Positions 38,618-53,304 of a stretch of 64,000 bases of DNA are shown here, one piece after another. The notes below the pieces were generated by a model. It saw nothing but the letters and a program-made list of their open reading frames with translations. It was not told the DNA's origin and did not search any database. Both the position numbers and the translations under genes were made by a program. Origin of the DNA: Sphagnum compactum. Taxonomy: Eukaryota. Each line of letters starts with the position of its first letter. Position 1 is the first letter of the stretch. The stretch lies in NCBI GenBank assembly GCA_965153455.1, contig OZ234493.1:19954213-20018212 (forward strand), given 5' to 3'.

Positions 38618-41600
38618 TATGTAACCCCTCCATTCTTTAAAAAGCTAAATCCCTCAGCTTCATTCAGTCCGGTGGAACGTGATAGATCTGGAGATCCCGC
38701 CGAGACCTTTCCCACTGGTGTCCGTCAGCATCTTGAATGATGTACACCCGACTGCCGTCCTCAAAATCAAGGTCTCCTTTCCCATCGGCATGCCCAATGA
38801 ATTGATATGGACCCTCCTAGCTTGCAGATAAAGCTCTTCTCTTTCCTGGTTTCTTCATCTTCACCATCTTCACCATCGTGCAGTAGTAATGGAGAGACTT
38901 CCGCCAAAAAAAAGAAAACGGCTAATAAAGCAAACTTAAATCCCAAGATCAGATAGTGTTCACACTGGCGTGGCGACCTAATTTCGTGTTACAGGTGGTC
39001 ATCCATCAGATGATTTAGCCAGATTTGGCTACAGACAAGATATGAAAGCACAAAAAAACAGGATCCTTCTATATTCTTGGCTACCTATTGGAACTTATCA
39101 TAAAAATCTGGCAATCTGGAATTGTTTTTTGTTTTTTGAAATCTGGCAATTTGGAATTTTTATTTTTATTTGGAATCTGGCGAATTTGGGCCATTTTTTT
39201 CATGGAAAATGCTTCGAATAGGTCGAAATCATATTTTTCAGGCTAAATTTTGGCAAAAAAAAAGAGCACTACTTCCATGAGGGGAGTTCTCTTACATTTG
39301 TCCTTTTCAGGGCTCTCCAGTGGCAAGGCCAACCTGCATGGTCCCTTAGGGGCTCAATTCTGGGTGGTGTATTTTGACAGGTTTACTTAATTTTTAATAA
39401 CAACTTAGTTTTCATTTTGCATTTTTAGGGTGATGGGCAGTTTTAACACATTCATTTCACATGGTGAGTTCAAATATTTTTTCACATTTCACACAAAATA
39501 TGAACATCAAAGCATATCAAATTAGAAAAAATGAAAGAAAAGTATGAACTTCTTAAAATTAATTCAAACCAAGAATTCTTTGACTCTTCATGTCGCGTCA
39601 TACTTCAAACACTGCCCTTCAATTAGTGTTTTCTTTCCAATTTTGAGACATTTAGTTGAGGTGACAATCATCCATAAACACATTTAGCCAAATTTAACTG
39701 TTAATAAAATATGCAAGGAAAAAAAATCTTTACATGTTTTTGATTGCCTATTTGAACCAAAGGAAATTTGATGATTTAAATTGAAACATCTTTTATTTCT
39801 GGTGAATTGTATTAAAGAAATCATTGGAGTTGTGACCAAGACAACAAAAAAATAGAAAAATAAAAATTGGAATTTTGAAAACCTTCACAAACATTTTCAC
39901 TCAACCAGGCAGCAGCATTGGAGACTATATTGGAGCAAATGAAAATTCCATTGAAAGCACTAGAAAAGAAAATCAACTTAACCAACATTAAAGATGTTTG
40001 CTATGGTTTTTGCCAATAGAATACAGAGGTACAACCCTAAACAATAGTACTTCAACCACAACAAATATTTGAGCATGAATCCACCAACCAAAGAGGCAAA
40101 ACTTTGATCCACTATTGTGAAGCAAAAATGAGGGGAGACCCTAGCAAGGAGAGTATCAATCTCCACTCCAAAAGAAAAAATATGACCCAAAGAACCCCTA
40201 TTGGGCAAAAACTTGGGCTTTTGTATATATTAAAAAGAAAACCCACACATAAGAAAAGCCGCATCTCCCAAGAGAACCATTATTTAAAGTGGCTTGAAAA
40301 CTCCAAGCCAATCTTAATCATTAACTTCCAACAATTTGAACCATTGATATTGTCGATCTAATCCGCATTGTTGATGCATGGAGTTTGATAAGCCCCATTC
40401 AAATTTCATGCGTTTGAAACACAAAATATGTATCATTGGACTAATTGATGGTCCAAAATACACAAATGTGGAATCATTTTGGTTGTTTACTCAAGATCTA
40501 AATGGCCAAAAAATAAACATACGTTGGAGCATTTTAACCATTGATTCATCTTGATACCTTGAATCATACATTGTTGGATTAAAACATAAATGTACACTCA
40601 TTTTGACTTTTCCATTTTGAGTATGAGTGCAATATCCACCATTAATCCTATTTCATGGAGATACCAAGTGAAATCAACATCGTTATTTTAAATAAACTCT
40701 TTAGTTATATGTTGTTCAATTAACAAAAAAAAGTACACATGGCCAACTTTGGTAATCGACCTCAATGCAACCATTGATCCAAAAACATTTTTGTCAATCT
40801 ATATGAATCTAGCCATCCATGAAAACCCTACATTTCAAGTCCCAACTTAGCCATTGTTAAATCATGCTTTTCTTGGATTTCATTTTTAGCATTGAATAGT
40901 GGCTAGATTCAAAGTATGCAATATCAATTGTTCATCTTAGGTTTTGGATGACTTCATGCCACCTATTCACATTGAATCGATTCATTCATTATTAATTTTC
41001 GAGAATTTGAACTATTTGTAACTATGCATATGTGTGGTTTAGTGGTTGTGTAATCCTTAGTGCCTACTAGTCGAGTTTCTATGGAACCTTGTTTGCTTTG
41101 CATTTATTTCTCATCAACTAACTTTGTTTTTGCATTCCTGGCATATATGTAGTTTCTAATTCTTCAGAGTTTCTCCAATTTGAAAAATACTGCCAAAACC
41201 AAAACTGTAAGATAAAAGTTAGAAGAACTTGGCTCAAACTTGCACCTAGAGAATTTCTATACTTGATTATATTTCTTTTGCATTAGCTTAGAATTTTCTT
41301 CAATTTGATGGGCATTGTTGCAAATTTTTATCTCCTTTGAAGGGTTTTAAATATTTCGTAATGTGCAATTTAATTTTTCTCATTTTTTGTGTGTCTTCTA
41401 AATTATTTTTTTGCCTTTATTTTTCAATCTTATGCTTGCAAAGGACTACTTTCCTTTTCTTAGGTTCATCTCACTTGTATAAGCCATGTAGCTCTTTGGG
41501 CATTCCTTCAACATTTCTAAGCTTGTTCAATCTTGTTTTGAGATTGTAGTTTTTAAAAATGTTGTATGTTATTTTTTGACTTGCTAACTTTTCTTATTGT

Positions 41601-44600
41601 ATAGGCTTTGTAATAGAGATATGGCTTTTGGACCATGTGGAGTAGCCAAAGTTTTTTGTTTGCTTAGTTTTGCATTTTTTGTGTAGTTGTTTTATATCTT
41701 TATCTATTTTATGTAGCTCTTCATGTATGTCCCTTTTTCTCGTTTTTGACATAAACAACAAACTCAATTTCAAGTTTTCTTCATTAGTCAAACACAAATT
41801 AATTATCTAGTTTCTTGTAGTTTAGTAAGCTTTTATTTAGAAGTTTTTTATTTTCTTAAACAATGTTTTCAAATTCTGGAGATATTAATTTAATTAATAA
41901 TATGTTCATTTGGAATAAAGGCTTCTGTAACATATCATATTAGGAGTTTGCATAATAAAAATTCTAAGATTACATCAATTTTTCTTTTTTATTTTGCATT
42001 TGTTGCATCAATTTGTCAATTTGTCACATTTTCATTCATCTCTCAAAATGTACCAAAAAGTTGTATATATGTTGCATTTGATATCTCACAAGACTCTTTA
42101 GTACCTTTCTAGGTTTGTGGATTTTTTTCTAGTTGTGTTGTATTAGATGATTTTTACTAAATTTTATTCTATGTCTATAATTTTAAAACTAATTTCCATG
42201 TAAGTTGCCTCTTGGATATATTTATAGATATTTATTTTTTCATTTTTTAGAAATTGGAAAGTGTGCACTTCATTAATAGAATCCCATAATTATAAATGAG
42301 AAGTAAAACTTGTGACATGGGTGGAAAGAAATTTCCATTCATTTCTTTATGTTGAGTAAAGCCTTTGAACTAAGGCATTACCAAAGTTTAGGAGGCTACC
42401 ACCTCACATGATCCCTTATTTTGACAATGGCCTAGTCCTTGGGCTTTACCCTACACTTTGCAGACTATTTTTTTTGTCTTTTTGAATATTTTGCCACCAT
42501 TTTGAAGAAGTAAGCGCAGGATTCCTTTGCCTCAAACACCAACCACTTTCTCTTTGCCACAAACCATTGTGCCCAAAAATCCTTGGGAAATAATGATATG
42601 TTCCCAAACTATTTTACCAATCAATTTGCTAACTTAGAGATGACTTCTGCACAAATTAAAATATTGGGATTTTAATTACCACCAACTTATGGAATGTACA
42701 TCAACACATGAGTTGTTTGAAATTTTTGCAAATGCAAAATTACAATAGAAACATCACAACATCCTAGAACAATGCAAATTATTTTCCACTAAACATATAT
42801 ACACCCTTTCTATCTTCCATGCACCATTTAAATTTAGTTCTCCAATGCAATGATGGATCAAATTTCTCAATGTTCATTCTTTTTGGATGTTCTTTTCTCC
42901 CACCATTAACATGACAAAACCAATCCCAATGATATAAAACTCTTGTTGCATCCTTTTGGATTTTCTTAGTACAACATGATCCCATCTAAAAAGTTTTTGT
43001 GATTACCCATTTCAAAATTGATGAAATAGATTACCCTTCTCTTAACAACAAGGTAACAATGAGCTTCTTTTGTGATCAAGAACATTCATATGCACTCCTA
43101 ATACCCAATTTTTTCAAGATCAAGTTGCATTCCCAAAACCCTTAGCTTAAAGATTTTAATAATTTCCCATTATCAAGCTACTCTCTTGATCTTCCCAAAT
43201 TGGCCAACCCCAATGTTTTAATATCTTCACAAAAGCCTAAAGCTTCCAAAATTCACCATCATTAGCTCATTCCTTTTTAGATATTTATTGAACATGTGTT
43301 ACAATAGGCAAGGAGATTTGTGTAATGGAAATCTTTGGTCATAGAATATGTTATCCAACACCTTGAAAACATATTCTCTTTACATTCTCAAGGTCATTAA
43401 AGTACAAAAATAGGAAACAAATGGCAGTTTTTCAAACCTAGCCTAGTCCTAGTCTAAACTTCACTAAACCTATGGCTGCCCTAAGTTGAAAACCTTAAAC
43501 CTAATTACATATATATAACTAAAGTGTAAGAAAGGCACCACATAGAAGCATATTGGGGCATCACATGTGCCTCATTAGTTAGGTTCATAAAAGATATGTA
43601 AAGTGGCAAACTCATCCTTGGGTGGTATCATTAAGAACATCACACCTTGATTTATTGGACCCATTGAACTTTTAAAAAATCGTAGGAAATACTTAAATAA
43701 ATATTATCATAATTTTTTTGATAATTAAATTTATTAAGTTTTATAAAATTTAAAATTTCAATAATATTTTAAAAATTGTGTATTTTGATGTTTCTAATCA
43801 TTGCATTTAGAAAAAGTTTTAGAAATGTAACACTAGTTCCTTCCTTGAAGTTTTTGGTTAAGAACACATATTTGAAACTTGATTTAGGAATTTTCTTAGA
43901 AATTTTTTTCCTAAGGTAATTTTGAAGTCATTTTATTTTTATGTTTTTATTGGGAAATAAATTGAGTAAGTATAATTTAATTATGAATTTCCAAAGTTGA
44001 GGAATGTGATTCCAAAAAGGATCATCACTATTAGGATTACAAATCCTTAAACAATTTTAATCTCTTTAATTCTAAAACAAACTTCAAGCCATAGATTAAA
44101 GCATGCAATGGATAAACAAGAAAAAAAAATTATAATTTTGAAAACCTTTAAAGGAAAGGGCCCAAGAAAATGATTTGGCCACTTTTGGTTTTTTAACTAT
44201 TCTTTGAAGTGGTTTTTGATTGTATCACCCAAGGATGGTTTTGTCAAAATATAATGTTTTATTTTAAAGAGGGACAAAGGTCTTTTTTTCATCTGTTCTC
44301 TTGCATTGTAACTTTGCCTTCTTGAAGTTTCTTTTTCAACTCTAGCTTGTTATTTATAATTCAAGAAAGTAAAGCTTTGAGATTGGTTGAAAGTTTTAAG
44401 GGTAGTTTAGATTTATCTTGTTTTCAAATTTTTAAAAAATGTTGAGCTTTTTCCTTTTTTCCTTTTTTTCTTCTAAGTTTTCTAACTTTTTTTTTCTCTA
44501 GTTTTTGTATTGACTTTTTGCCTTTTTTTCTAGTTTTTTTTACTGAGTTTTTCACTTTCTTTTTCTTTGGTTTTTTTGGGTAGGATTTTGGACTTTCACT

Positions 44601-45269
44601 AATCAACATATATTCCAAAGTTGCAACATCTTGCAAGCTATCCCAATTCCCTTTTCATTTTCATTTCAAAAACTGAAAGTTTTATCTAAAATGTCTTCCC
44701 AAAAAAAGTAATGTTAACAATTTGTTTGTCTTTTGTTTCTAACAATTTTATGTAGGGATGGTCACCCAAAAAGTCTTTAAAGTGGAATATGGTGGAATGC
44801 ATTTCTCCTCTTGTTAAACATGGTAACCCTTGGAAGCTAAAATTCAAGTTTTGTGCAAAACAATTCAAAGCTTCTTAGGTTATATGTGTGAAAAACATTA
44901 TTTAAAAATTGAACATAATATTGAAATTTTTTATAGTGCCATTAAAATAAACATTTGCAAAACTCTTGAAAGAAAGACAATTGGAGGGAAAAAACATTTC
45001 CTCCAAGGAATTTGTAAATGTTTCGCAATCTACATTAAAAATTGCTTGGCAATTAGACATAAAAAGGAAAGGAAACATTGATAAGTTTATAACTTTTTTG
45101 TTTTTTCTTGTGGCATCCAATTAATGTGGTAAGAAACTAGCATTTTTAAAACATGGTTTTTGAGATTAGAAATTATGGTCTTGGTTAAGTAGTGTTTAGT
45201 TTAGAAAAATTGCGCACTACATTTATTTTTGAAATGAAAAATGATTTAATGCAAGGTCTAGAAATTGTA

Positions 45270-46500
45270 AAACAAAATTGGGTTGATTTAGGTTGTACAA
45301 TAACTTTTGATGGATGATCAAATACTTTTAATAGACCTTCAATAATGATATTGAATGTTTTTCTTGAAGGGGAAATTTTTTAAAAAATTGTTGATACAAG
45401 TGGAAATGAAATATATTGCAAACAATATATGATCTGCAATTGATGAAGTGGAGCCATCAAATGTGGTAGATTTGGTGATGGACAATGTTGATGTTTGCAG
45501 ATGAGCTAGGTGTTTAATTGAAAAGAAATGTCCACACGTCGTCTTTAATGCATGTAGTGTTCATGTTTGGATCTTATTTTAGAAGACATTGGTAAGCTAG
45601 AATGAATAAATAAAATTGTTAAGAAACGAAAAAAATGTGAAATTCATTAGTAATCACCATAAAAATCAAATAATGTTTAGAAATTTTTTCAAAAAAAATG
45701 AAGATTGGAACTTTTACATCCCGGTGATACATGCTTTGGTATTAACTTTATCATGTTGGAGAGACTTTTACAAGTAGAAGCCCCTTTGAGTAGATGGTCA
45801 TCAATTCAAATTGCAACAATTGAAGGAAAGAGAAAATGTTGAATACTCAATTTTGGGAAATGATAACTTCCATTTTAAAAATCACAAAACCTATATATAC
45901 ACCCTTTGTTGATTTTGGAAAACCAATTATTGATTAATTTTTTTGAATAGACTAATCAATTAATAGAAGAGGAGAATGGAATTGATGGGTGAATATCATT
46001 TGGACAAAACATAAAATAAAAATTACAAGATCATTGATTATTTATACATAACCCTATTCATTTTGCTAGAATAGTGCTTGATCCAAAATGGATAGGGAAG
46101 GATCAAGCAAAAGACAAAGAGGTAATAAGAGGTTTTAAAATGATAAAAGACAAAATTTATTCAAACATTTGAGATCAAGTTAATATTAAAAGAAATTGGC
46201 ATCATATAAAAATATGGAAGGTCTTTTTATAGATCTTGTAGCTTTTCTTGTTGCTAAGGAAGTGCTAACATGGTGGAATTCATATGAATGCAAAAGTTCA
46301 TTAGAGCTCCAAAAGTTTGTTATGAATGAAATTAGAATACTTTTTTATTTTATTCATGGTGAACATCAAAATATGTTAGAAATAGAAAAGGCATCATATT
46401 TAGTCTTTGTATTTAGTAGTTTACAACTCAAGGACACAATGTTTGATTTTGAATACAAGGATCAATTTGTAAAATGGTTAAATGAAGATGAAAATTCAAA
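45270..46500 (+). mobile_element. Degenerate hAT transposase (DUF659-type) remnant
   Basis: Fragments W..LGCTITFDG*SN..NRP, DEVEPSNVVDLVMDN, LDLILEDIGKLE and PGDTCFGINFIMLERLL, plus a C-terminal WWNSY...ELQKF dimerisation-like segment. Many stops and frameshifts. Confidence 0.85.
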
Positions 46501-49007
46501 TTGAAAAAAATTAATGCCAAATTAATTTTATAATAAAGAATAAAATCATTTTTGAAAGTGTACATGTGTTGTATTTCATTACATGTTTTGTATATTCTGC
46601 TTTTGAAATATAAAAATATTTTTCAATTTCAAGGCTATTGGAAAAACACATACCTCCATTTCTTGTGACTTCATGGAAATCTTAAGTCTCATATCTTGCT
46701 TTTCACACACCTCTACAAATACCAACATGCAAAATCAACTATCAACTCAAAAACATTGAGAATCTCCCTAAGCTTGGAATGCCTTCCATAGAAGTAGTAG
46801 TGCCTCTTATTGATTAGACCATGCTATGCACATCACACTTTATCTACTCACCATCCTAAGCACATCACTCAACTTAACAAATAATCCTATGCTTTTCACA
46901 TAGCTATTTGAGCTCTTTCCAAACATGCACAATAAAAACAAAGACACATGCCACAAATGTAGCACACAATACTCCAAGACATTGCCAAAATCCCTTCTCC
47001 TTCACACCCATCCATCACCATTAGTTGCCATCTTTGGCAATAATACCATCATGATAATTACTTTAGCACAAAGTAGTTAAGGCAAAATGTAACCCTAAGA
47101 TGGCTCTTTTCATACCAAAAAACTTTTGAGCAATGTATTGTGCAATGCTCAACATTGAAATGGGAAGCATATGCATCTCTTCACATGCAATATGAAGAGA
47201 TGCAACCACAATTGGCTGGATGAAACTAAAACTTGAATTCCAAAGTTTTAATCCTCTTGCAACTAGTAAAGTAAATTGGCATGGGGAGCAAATTGAAACA
47301 CCAAACTTTTTTTTTCAAATTTTTTTTGTTGCTATGTTTTCCTCACATGTTTGTTCCTAAAGTTATTTCTGTGACTTAATGGAGGGAAATGCTTTAAATA
47401 AAACTCCTCAGTTTTTAATATTTTAAAAACTTGTTGAAATTATATGATTATGTTGCTATTTAGAATTTTGTTCAATGCTTTTTTGAGGGGTGTTGAACAT
47501 CAATAAAGTTGATGTTGGTGTCCAAGTGTATTGTTATTTAGAGTGGTTAGATGTTTGAAAATTTGTGCACACTAGTGAACAAAAATAATAAAGAAAACAA
47601 TTCATAAGGATGCACAACAGAAGAAGTCAAAACACCAAAAATTAACACCACACTTACATAGATATTTAGCCACTCACGCTAACTCAATCAAGGTGTCATA
47701 CAAGTACAAAAGAAAAGCAATGTTTGAATGCAAAATTCTGAGCAATGAAATGTTTATTTGTAACACATAAGTACTTCAGTGGGCCCCTTGATCACTTTGT
47801 GCACATGATAATCACCCTCATATTAAACCTTGTTTACATTATGCTATGAACTTTAATGCTTAAACTTGTGAGTTAGATGTCAACCCTATGACAATCAAGT
47901 GCATGGAAAACACAAATTGATCAATCCTACCACATAAGAAGAAAAACAATGCGCATCAGTCAACTCAGCAACATAACATAGTCATAGCAGCCAAATGTTT
48001 TCCACATAATTCATTAAATCTGTTTGAAATAGGTAAAGCCATCGAAAAGAACAAAATTATGTCTAGAACAAGACAAGTGAAATCAAATGAGATTAAATAG
48101 ACAATAAATTTAGTTCTGAAATCCCCTTTCAGGACCTTAGCCCCAAAATTTTATGGTATTTGATGGTTTTTTGGAGAACTCAGTGCTAAAAATTTCTATT
48201 CCACTTTGGGGTGCATGACCTCTACTTATGTTCAATGTTTATGGTGGCTTTTGATGTAACCCATAAGGCAGGCTGCTCTTCTAGAACAGGCTATGTAACC
48301 AACTTGATGATTACAAGGATTACCTTGGGGCCACATGCTTTGTTAGAAAGACATACTTAAAACTTGAGCTTTCATATAGAGCCTCACCATCCACCACCTT
48401 CATGCAGCCAAATATGTACTCTCTTACCATCTCCATTCTCCAACTGGCAGCTGAACATCCCCACAGTAGTGTCCTCATTAGCACTGGGCTCCATACTTCC
48501 AACAGCATGACTTTGCAAGAAATTTCATTCACATATTCATCTTCATCTTCTGGTATACATGTTATAGATTCACCAAACAATTATATGCTCTCCATGCGGA
48601 ATTTGTTACACCATCACTGAGCCCCCTTTTCAATCATGATTGCTTCTTCTCAACCAAAAGGTTAATATTGTATTTCAAAAGATGCAAGTCTCTTCCATAT
48701 TCTAAAGTCCAAAAAGCCATAATAGTGATGATAGCTTCTCTCAACCTCCACCCAGTGCAGACCCCACCTCCAGTTCTCATTACTTATTTGTTATGCACAA
48801 TTGGGTAGTTGAGCTTTGATTTTGAATGTAAGTTGGGGAGGGGTGGTGCCTGGGCTGGGGGCACATGAACCCTTGGATGTGGAGTTTCAAGTCAGGATTG
48901 TTGTCCCTACTTTGTTTCCTTTTTCACTTCACTCCCTACTTAGTGCTCACTACTGTTGTGTCCTATTGCAATAAGTGTATGACATGTTTGTGTCCAAGAG
49001 CATCTAA

Positions 49008-49379
49008 GAGCATCTCCACGGGTGCTCAGTATGTCACTCTGGATAATAAAATTAAATGTTTAAGTTTAGCTTTTTTTTTTTGGCAACCCCACCAATAAAA
49101 CTGTAACTGGAACTACATATTCGTGGGGACTACTAATAGCAAACCACCTGGACCAATCAGTATGATTGACCAATCAGAAATACTGAGCCGCAGTCAGGTC
49201 CAATTTTATTACACTCTTTTTTGGAGGTGCACAACTGTGTTGCACCTTTTACCAGCCACGGGCAAGCTGCACGAATTTAGTGCAAAACCAATTTCCTGAG
49301 CTAAACCGGCACTTTTTGACTTTTTCACAATAAATTATTAATGTCTGGAGTCACACACAGAGCACCTGTGGAGATGCTC
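49008..49379. mobile_element. PIF/Harbinger (Tourist-like) MITE, 372 bp
   Basis: TIRs GAGCATCTCCACGGGTGCTC / GAGCACCTGTGGAGATGCTC (19/20); TAA TSD at 49005-49007 and 49380-49382; absent from the paralogous block near 26430. Confidence 0.92.
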
Positions 49380-52116
49380 TAAAGGCATGAGAAATGAGGA
49401 GTAGGAGACTTCCTAGCAAAAGTCCAACCATGAGGAGTTCAACACAATAAGGAGTTACATGATGATGATTGTTTTATTTTTGTGCCAATAATATGGAGAG
49501 TGGCTACTTTACAAGTTACATGCAGAAGATCCGGCTCCATGACTCATGTTAATTAGTGTGTGGGTGACTTCCAACTTCAGATTTATTTTTTGCAATGAGC
49601 CCCTTTTGATTGGTCCATCACAAGAAAAATTCCAAAACTTTGAAGACTCCCCAATTTAGAATTATTAACTCCAAATATATAAACATAAGTCTCAATAATG
49701 GCCCAGCTATATAGGTTCAACATTGGGCAAAACATATGGGACAAAGTGAAGTGCGATTGGGAACATGGTGAGGAACACATTGTTAACTTGAGGAACATGT
49801 TGAGAACACATTGTTAATTTGAGCAACATATTGAGAACACAGTGAGAACTTGATAGGAACAACAAAAATCCCCCACCCTCCCAAAAAGCATCTTCTTCCA
49901 ACAACAAAACTCTTATTGAATGTTATGTGGAGGCTCCAACGACCCAAGTGTGGGGCTGTTGTGTGATTCCTCTTTCTGCCCCGGGCCCCCTTGGGTGATG
50001 GCGCTTGGTTCTGGTCCGGCAATTGGTCTTTTCTTCATTGGCAATGGGTATTCTCCTTTTTTGGCAAAAAGACAAGGCAGTAGGTTATGGTTGATATTGC
50101 ACATGATTGCCATACCCAGCCTCCAGGCTCCAAATCAGTGTTGTGCGGGTATAATGTTTTTACTATATCCTTGAATTACCCATTGGGTAAGGTATGTTAT
50201 AGTGTTGTGTGGGTATATATTGTTTTTTATATATCCTAAGTAATGGTATTTATAAAATTATTTATTTATTTATTCAATGGGTAAGGGTATATTATGAATT
50301 TTTTTCATTAGTGTAGACTATATTTTTGGGTAGATGGGTCGGGTTTGTATACCCTTATCATATACCCTTGGATAGGGTTAAAAAAAAGAAAGGGTAAATA
50401 ATTTTATCTTATTCAATAAAAAATGAGAATTTTTTCACATTTTGAAAATTGTATAGACAACTTTCATGGGACTAAATCTAGTGAAACAATGTGCAAATGT
50501 GATGTCAAATTAACATAATGAAATTGCATAAAATTATTTCTTATTTTTAATTCTTAAACATACATAAAATGAAAAGCCATTGAAATTAAATTGAACAACA
50601 TGCCACTTGCCCTACTCAACATAAATGCAAATCTAAAAATCATGATCTATCATATCAACAAGCTTGACATAATGATCTAAGTTGTTTTTAAATTTCTCTT
50701 CAATTTGATTTTAAAAATTTGCTTTAACATCCCCAAATTCATCAAGAGACACATGTTTTCTCAACATTGGACACCTTGCACAACAAGCACACATAACAAC
50801 AATGGCAATTTTAGGGTTTAGGTGAGACTTATCCTACTGAGTTTTAGCTGGGTTTAAAAACATACCTAACTTTCAATATAGGTATTTTTGAGATATATTT
50901 AGGATTATGAAATGGATATATTTTTTCAAATTGATATACCTTTGAATATGCATTTGATTAGGGTATATTGATCTTGAGAAAATAATTTAAATTAAATAAT
51001 ACACCGTACTTGTACCCAAAAAATATATCTGGGTAAATGATATACCCACACAACATTAATATATTAACAGTCCAAATATCCTTTAGGTTAAGTTTCAAAT
51101 ATACAAAAGTTTTTGTTTTTTGGTAAATGGATTGGGTTTGGGTACCCTCATACCATATACCCCTTTTTTTAACCAAAAAGGGTACATATTATTATTTAAT
51201 TAATTAAATATGAAGGAAATGTCCACACTTTGAGGAAAAAGAAAAATCCAATGGCAAAAACATAACAATCAAAATGTTTGAATCATTCTTGACTAAGATA
51301 AACATTTTCATGAGTGAACACTTAGTCTATGAGAAGACAATGACATCTAGTGGACATTTAGTTGGTGATGGAATGTAAAAATAATTTGTAACTTAGCTTT
51401 GGGTGCTCTAGTAGGCTTTTTGAATCCCTTAATTTTGTTATGTAACATAGTTATGACTTTCCAAAGCCGTAACTTGAAATATATCTTTACCACATGCCTT
51501 TCACTTCTAACATGTGTACTCTTACCACATGTTAACAAATTCTCAATTTTATCCCATTTGATTTGCTCAAAGTTCTCACCTCTATAGTTGGGCCACACGG
51601 TAGACATTACATATTCATGTAGAAACTTAAAATTTGGGGAACTTTCAAAGTTATTACATTTCAGGTTTTTCTGGTGTTTGGCCAATTAAATTGGCTAAAG
51701 CAAACCCAAAATTTTTTTAAAAAAATTTGGGAAGCACCCCATTTAATTATTGAAACAAACAAAGTTTAAGGTTTAGATCATGTACCCTTTTGTTTTTACC
51801 AGAGTGTCAAAACAAATCTGCCTTTGGGTGTGAGTATTTCTTGCATATATTCAGGGTTATGAATAAGATATAATTTTCAAATTTTCATATCCTTGAGTGT
51901 ACGTTTCATTAAGGTATGTTGATTTGAGATAAATAAATTAAGGTAAATAATATACCTTATTCATACCCTGAATAAGGTATATTATTTACCTTAATTTATT
52001 TATCTGATGTTGGAAATTCTTCCATATCCTTCCATATTAGACAAATTCCAAACCCACTTCCATAGGCTAGGCGTGAGGTGCAATAATAAGGAGTCCGAAC
52101 TCCGGAGTGCCCCAAG

Positions 52117-52410
52117 CAGGGTTTCTTTTTCCAATTTTGTGATGTAGTCGAGATGGCTATCATCTCGAAAGCGATTTAGCTAAATTTGGCCAAATGTACT
52201 CGTATGGAAGTAGGAAAAAATCAAAATCTTTTTATATTTTTGGCTACCGATTGAAACTAATAAAAACAATCTGGCGATTGGTAGAATTTTTTCTTCGAAA
52301 TCTGGGGAATTTGGGCCATTTTTCTCATGGAAAATCCTTCCTATAGGTTGAAAGCATATTTTTCAGGTAGGGATTGGGCGAAAAAAAATTCGCCAGTAAA
52401 AGAAACGGTG
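52117..52410. mobile_element. MITE of the same hAT-type family as 30094-39271
   Basis: cagggtttcttttt...ccaattttgtgatgtag...gatttagctaaatttggc...aatttgggccatttttctcatggaaaat, collinear with 38994-39271. Confidence 0.7.
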
Positions 52411-53304
52411 TGCAGCCCCAGTTTACTATAACCTTGTTATGTGATCTCTCTTTTCTTTTATGTGGGAACGAATAAATTAGGTACCTATTTAATTAGGCGC
52501 CACTTTGATGAAAACTTATTATTTTATTGTACTAAGTTTATAAGTATTGGAATAAGTTTACCTTATCAGGCTAGGAACTGTACTCCCTACCACTGAGTAA
52601 ATAATTTGTGTTTAACCTTGGTGTCTAGTGAGCCTCTTTTATTTGTGCAAAGCTTGACATATCCATCACAAAATTTGTACCTTTTGAGGAAATGTTTTAA
52701 CCAACCACCACATATGAAATTTGTAAATGTGTAGTATAGATTTAGTGGTAAATTGTGATCCATGATTTGTTTTTGGCAAAAATTAATAACATGTGACACA
52801 CTATAATAACTGTTGTTGGACATTATGGTTTCAAATATGTTTCTCCAAGTTATGAAATTTTGTGAACAATCTTATTAAACATTTATAAAGGAAGTGAAAA
52901 TTGATTTGATCGAGGAATTGAATGTTGTGAAAGAAATCAAAATGATGAAACCTTGTCAATCATAAATTAATCAAAGCACTTAGAAAAGGGAGGATACAAG
53001 GAACAAAATGGAGGGACCCAAGTCCAAGAAGACAAACAAACCACTTACAAGGGTAAACCACAAAGGGGACATCAAGTTCTTGAACTCCTTCCTATCGCCA
53101 AAAACATATCAAATAAGCAAAGGGGAGGACCTCTTAAAAGGACGCCTAGTTTATAAGAACCCTCACCTATTGCAATAGCACATTGTAAAATAAAAATTGT
53201 TTACGCACACTATAACGTCATTGACACCCTCTGCTTATAAAATGTGTATAAAAATGAAAGAGGAGGGCCACCAATGCATTTCTTCTACCTACCTTTAAAC
53301 TCTT

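Larger units (their letters stand above)
30136..38993 (-). mobile_element. Ty3/Gypsy non-chromovirus LTR retrotransposon, recent insertion, defective coding region
   Basis: TGTAAC...GTTACA termini; near-identical LTRs of about 1.09 kb; tRNA-Met PBS; PPT; domain order gag-PR-RT-RH-INT; imperfect 4-bp TSD GATG/GGTG. Confidence 0.96.
30094..39271. mobile_element. hAT-type MITE split by the LTR retrotransposon (halves 30094-30135 and 38994-39271)
   Basis: 8-bp TSD CTTCCATG at 30086-30093 and 39272-39279. The joined halves resemble the intact family copy at about 52117-52410. Confidence 0.85.

Noticed and set aside
50811..50822. TTAGGGTTTAGG telomere-like motif
   Set aside because: Fewer than two full units; such motifs are common by chance or as telo-boxes.
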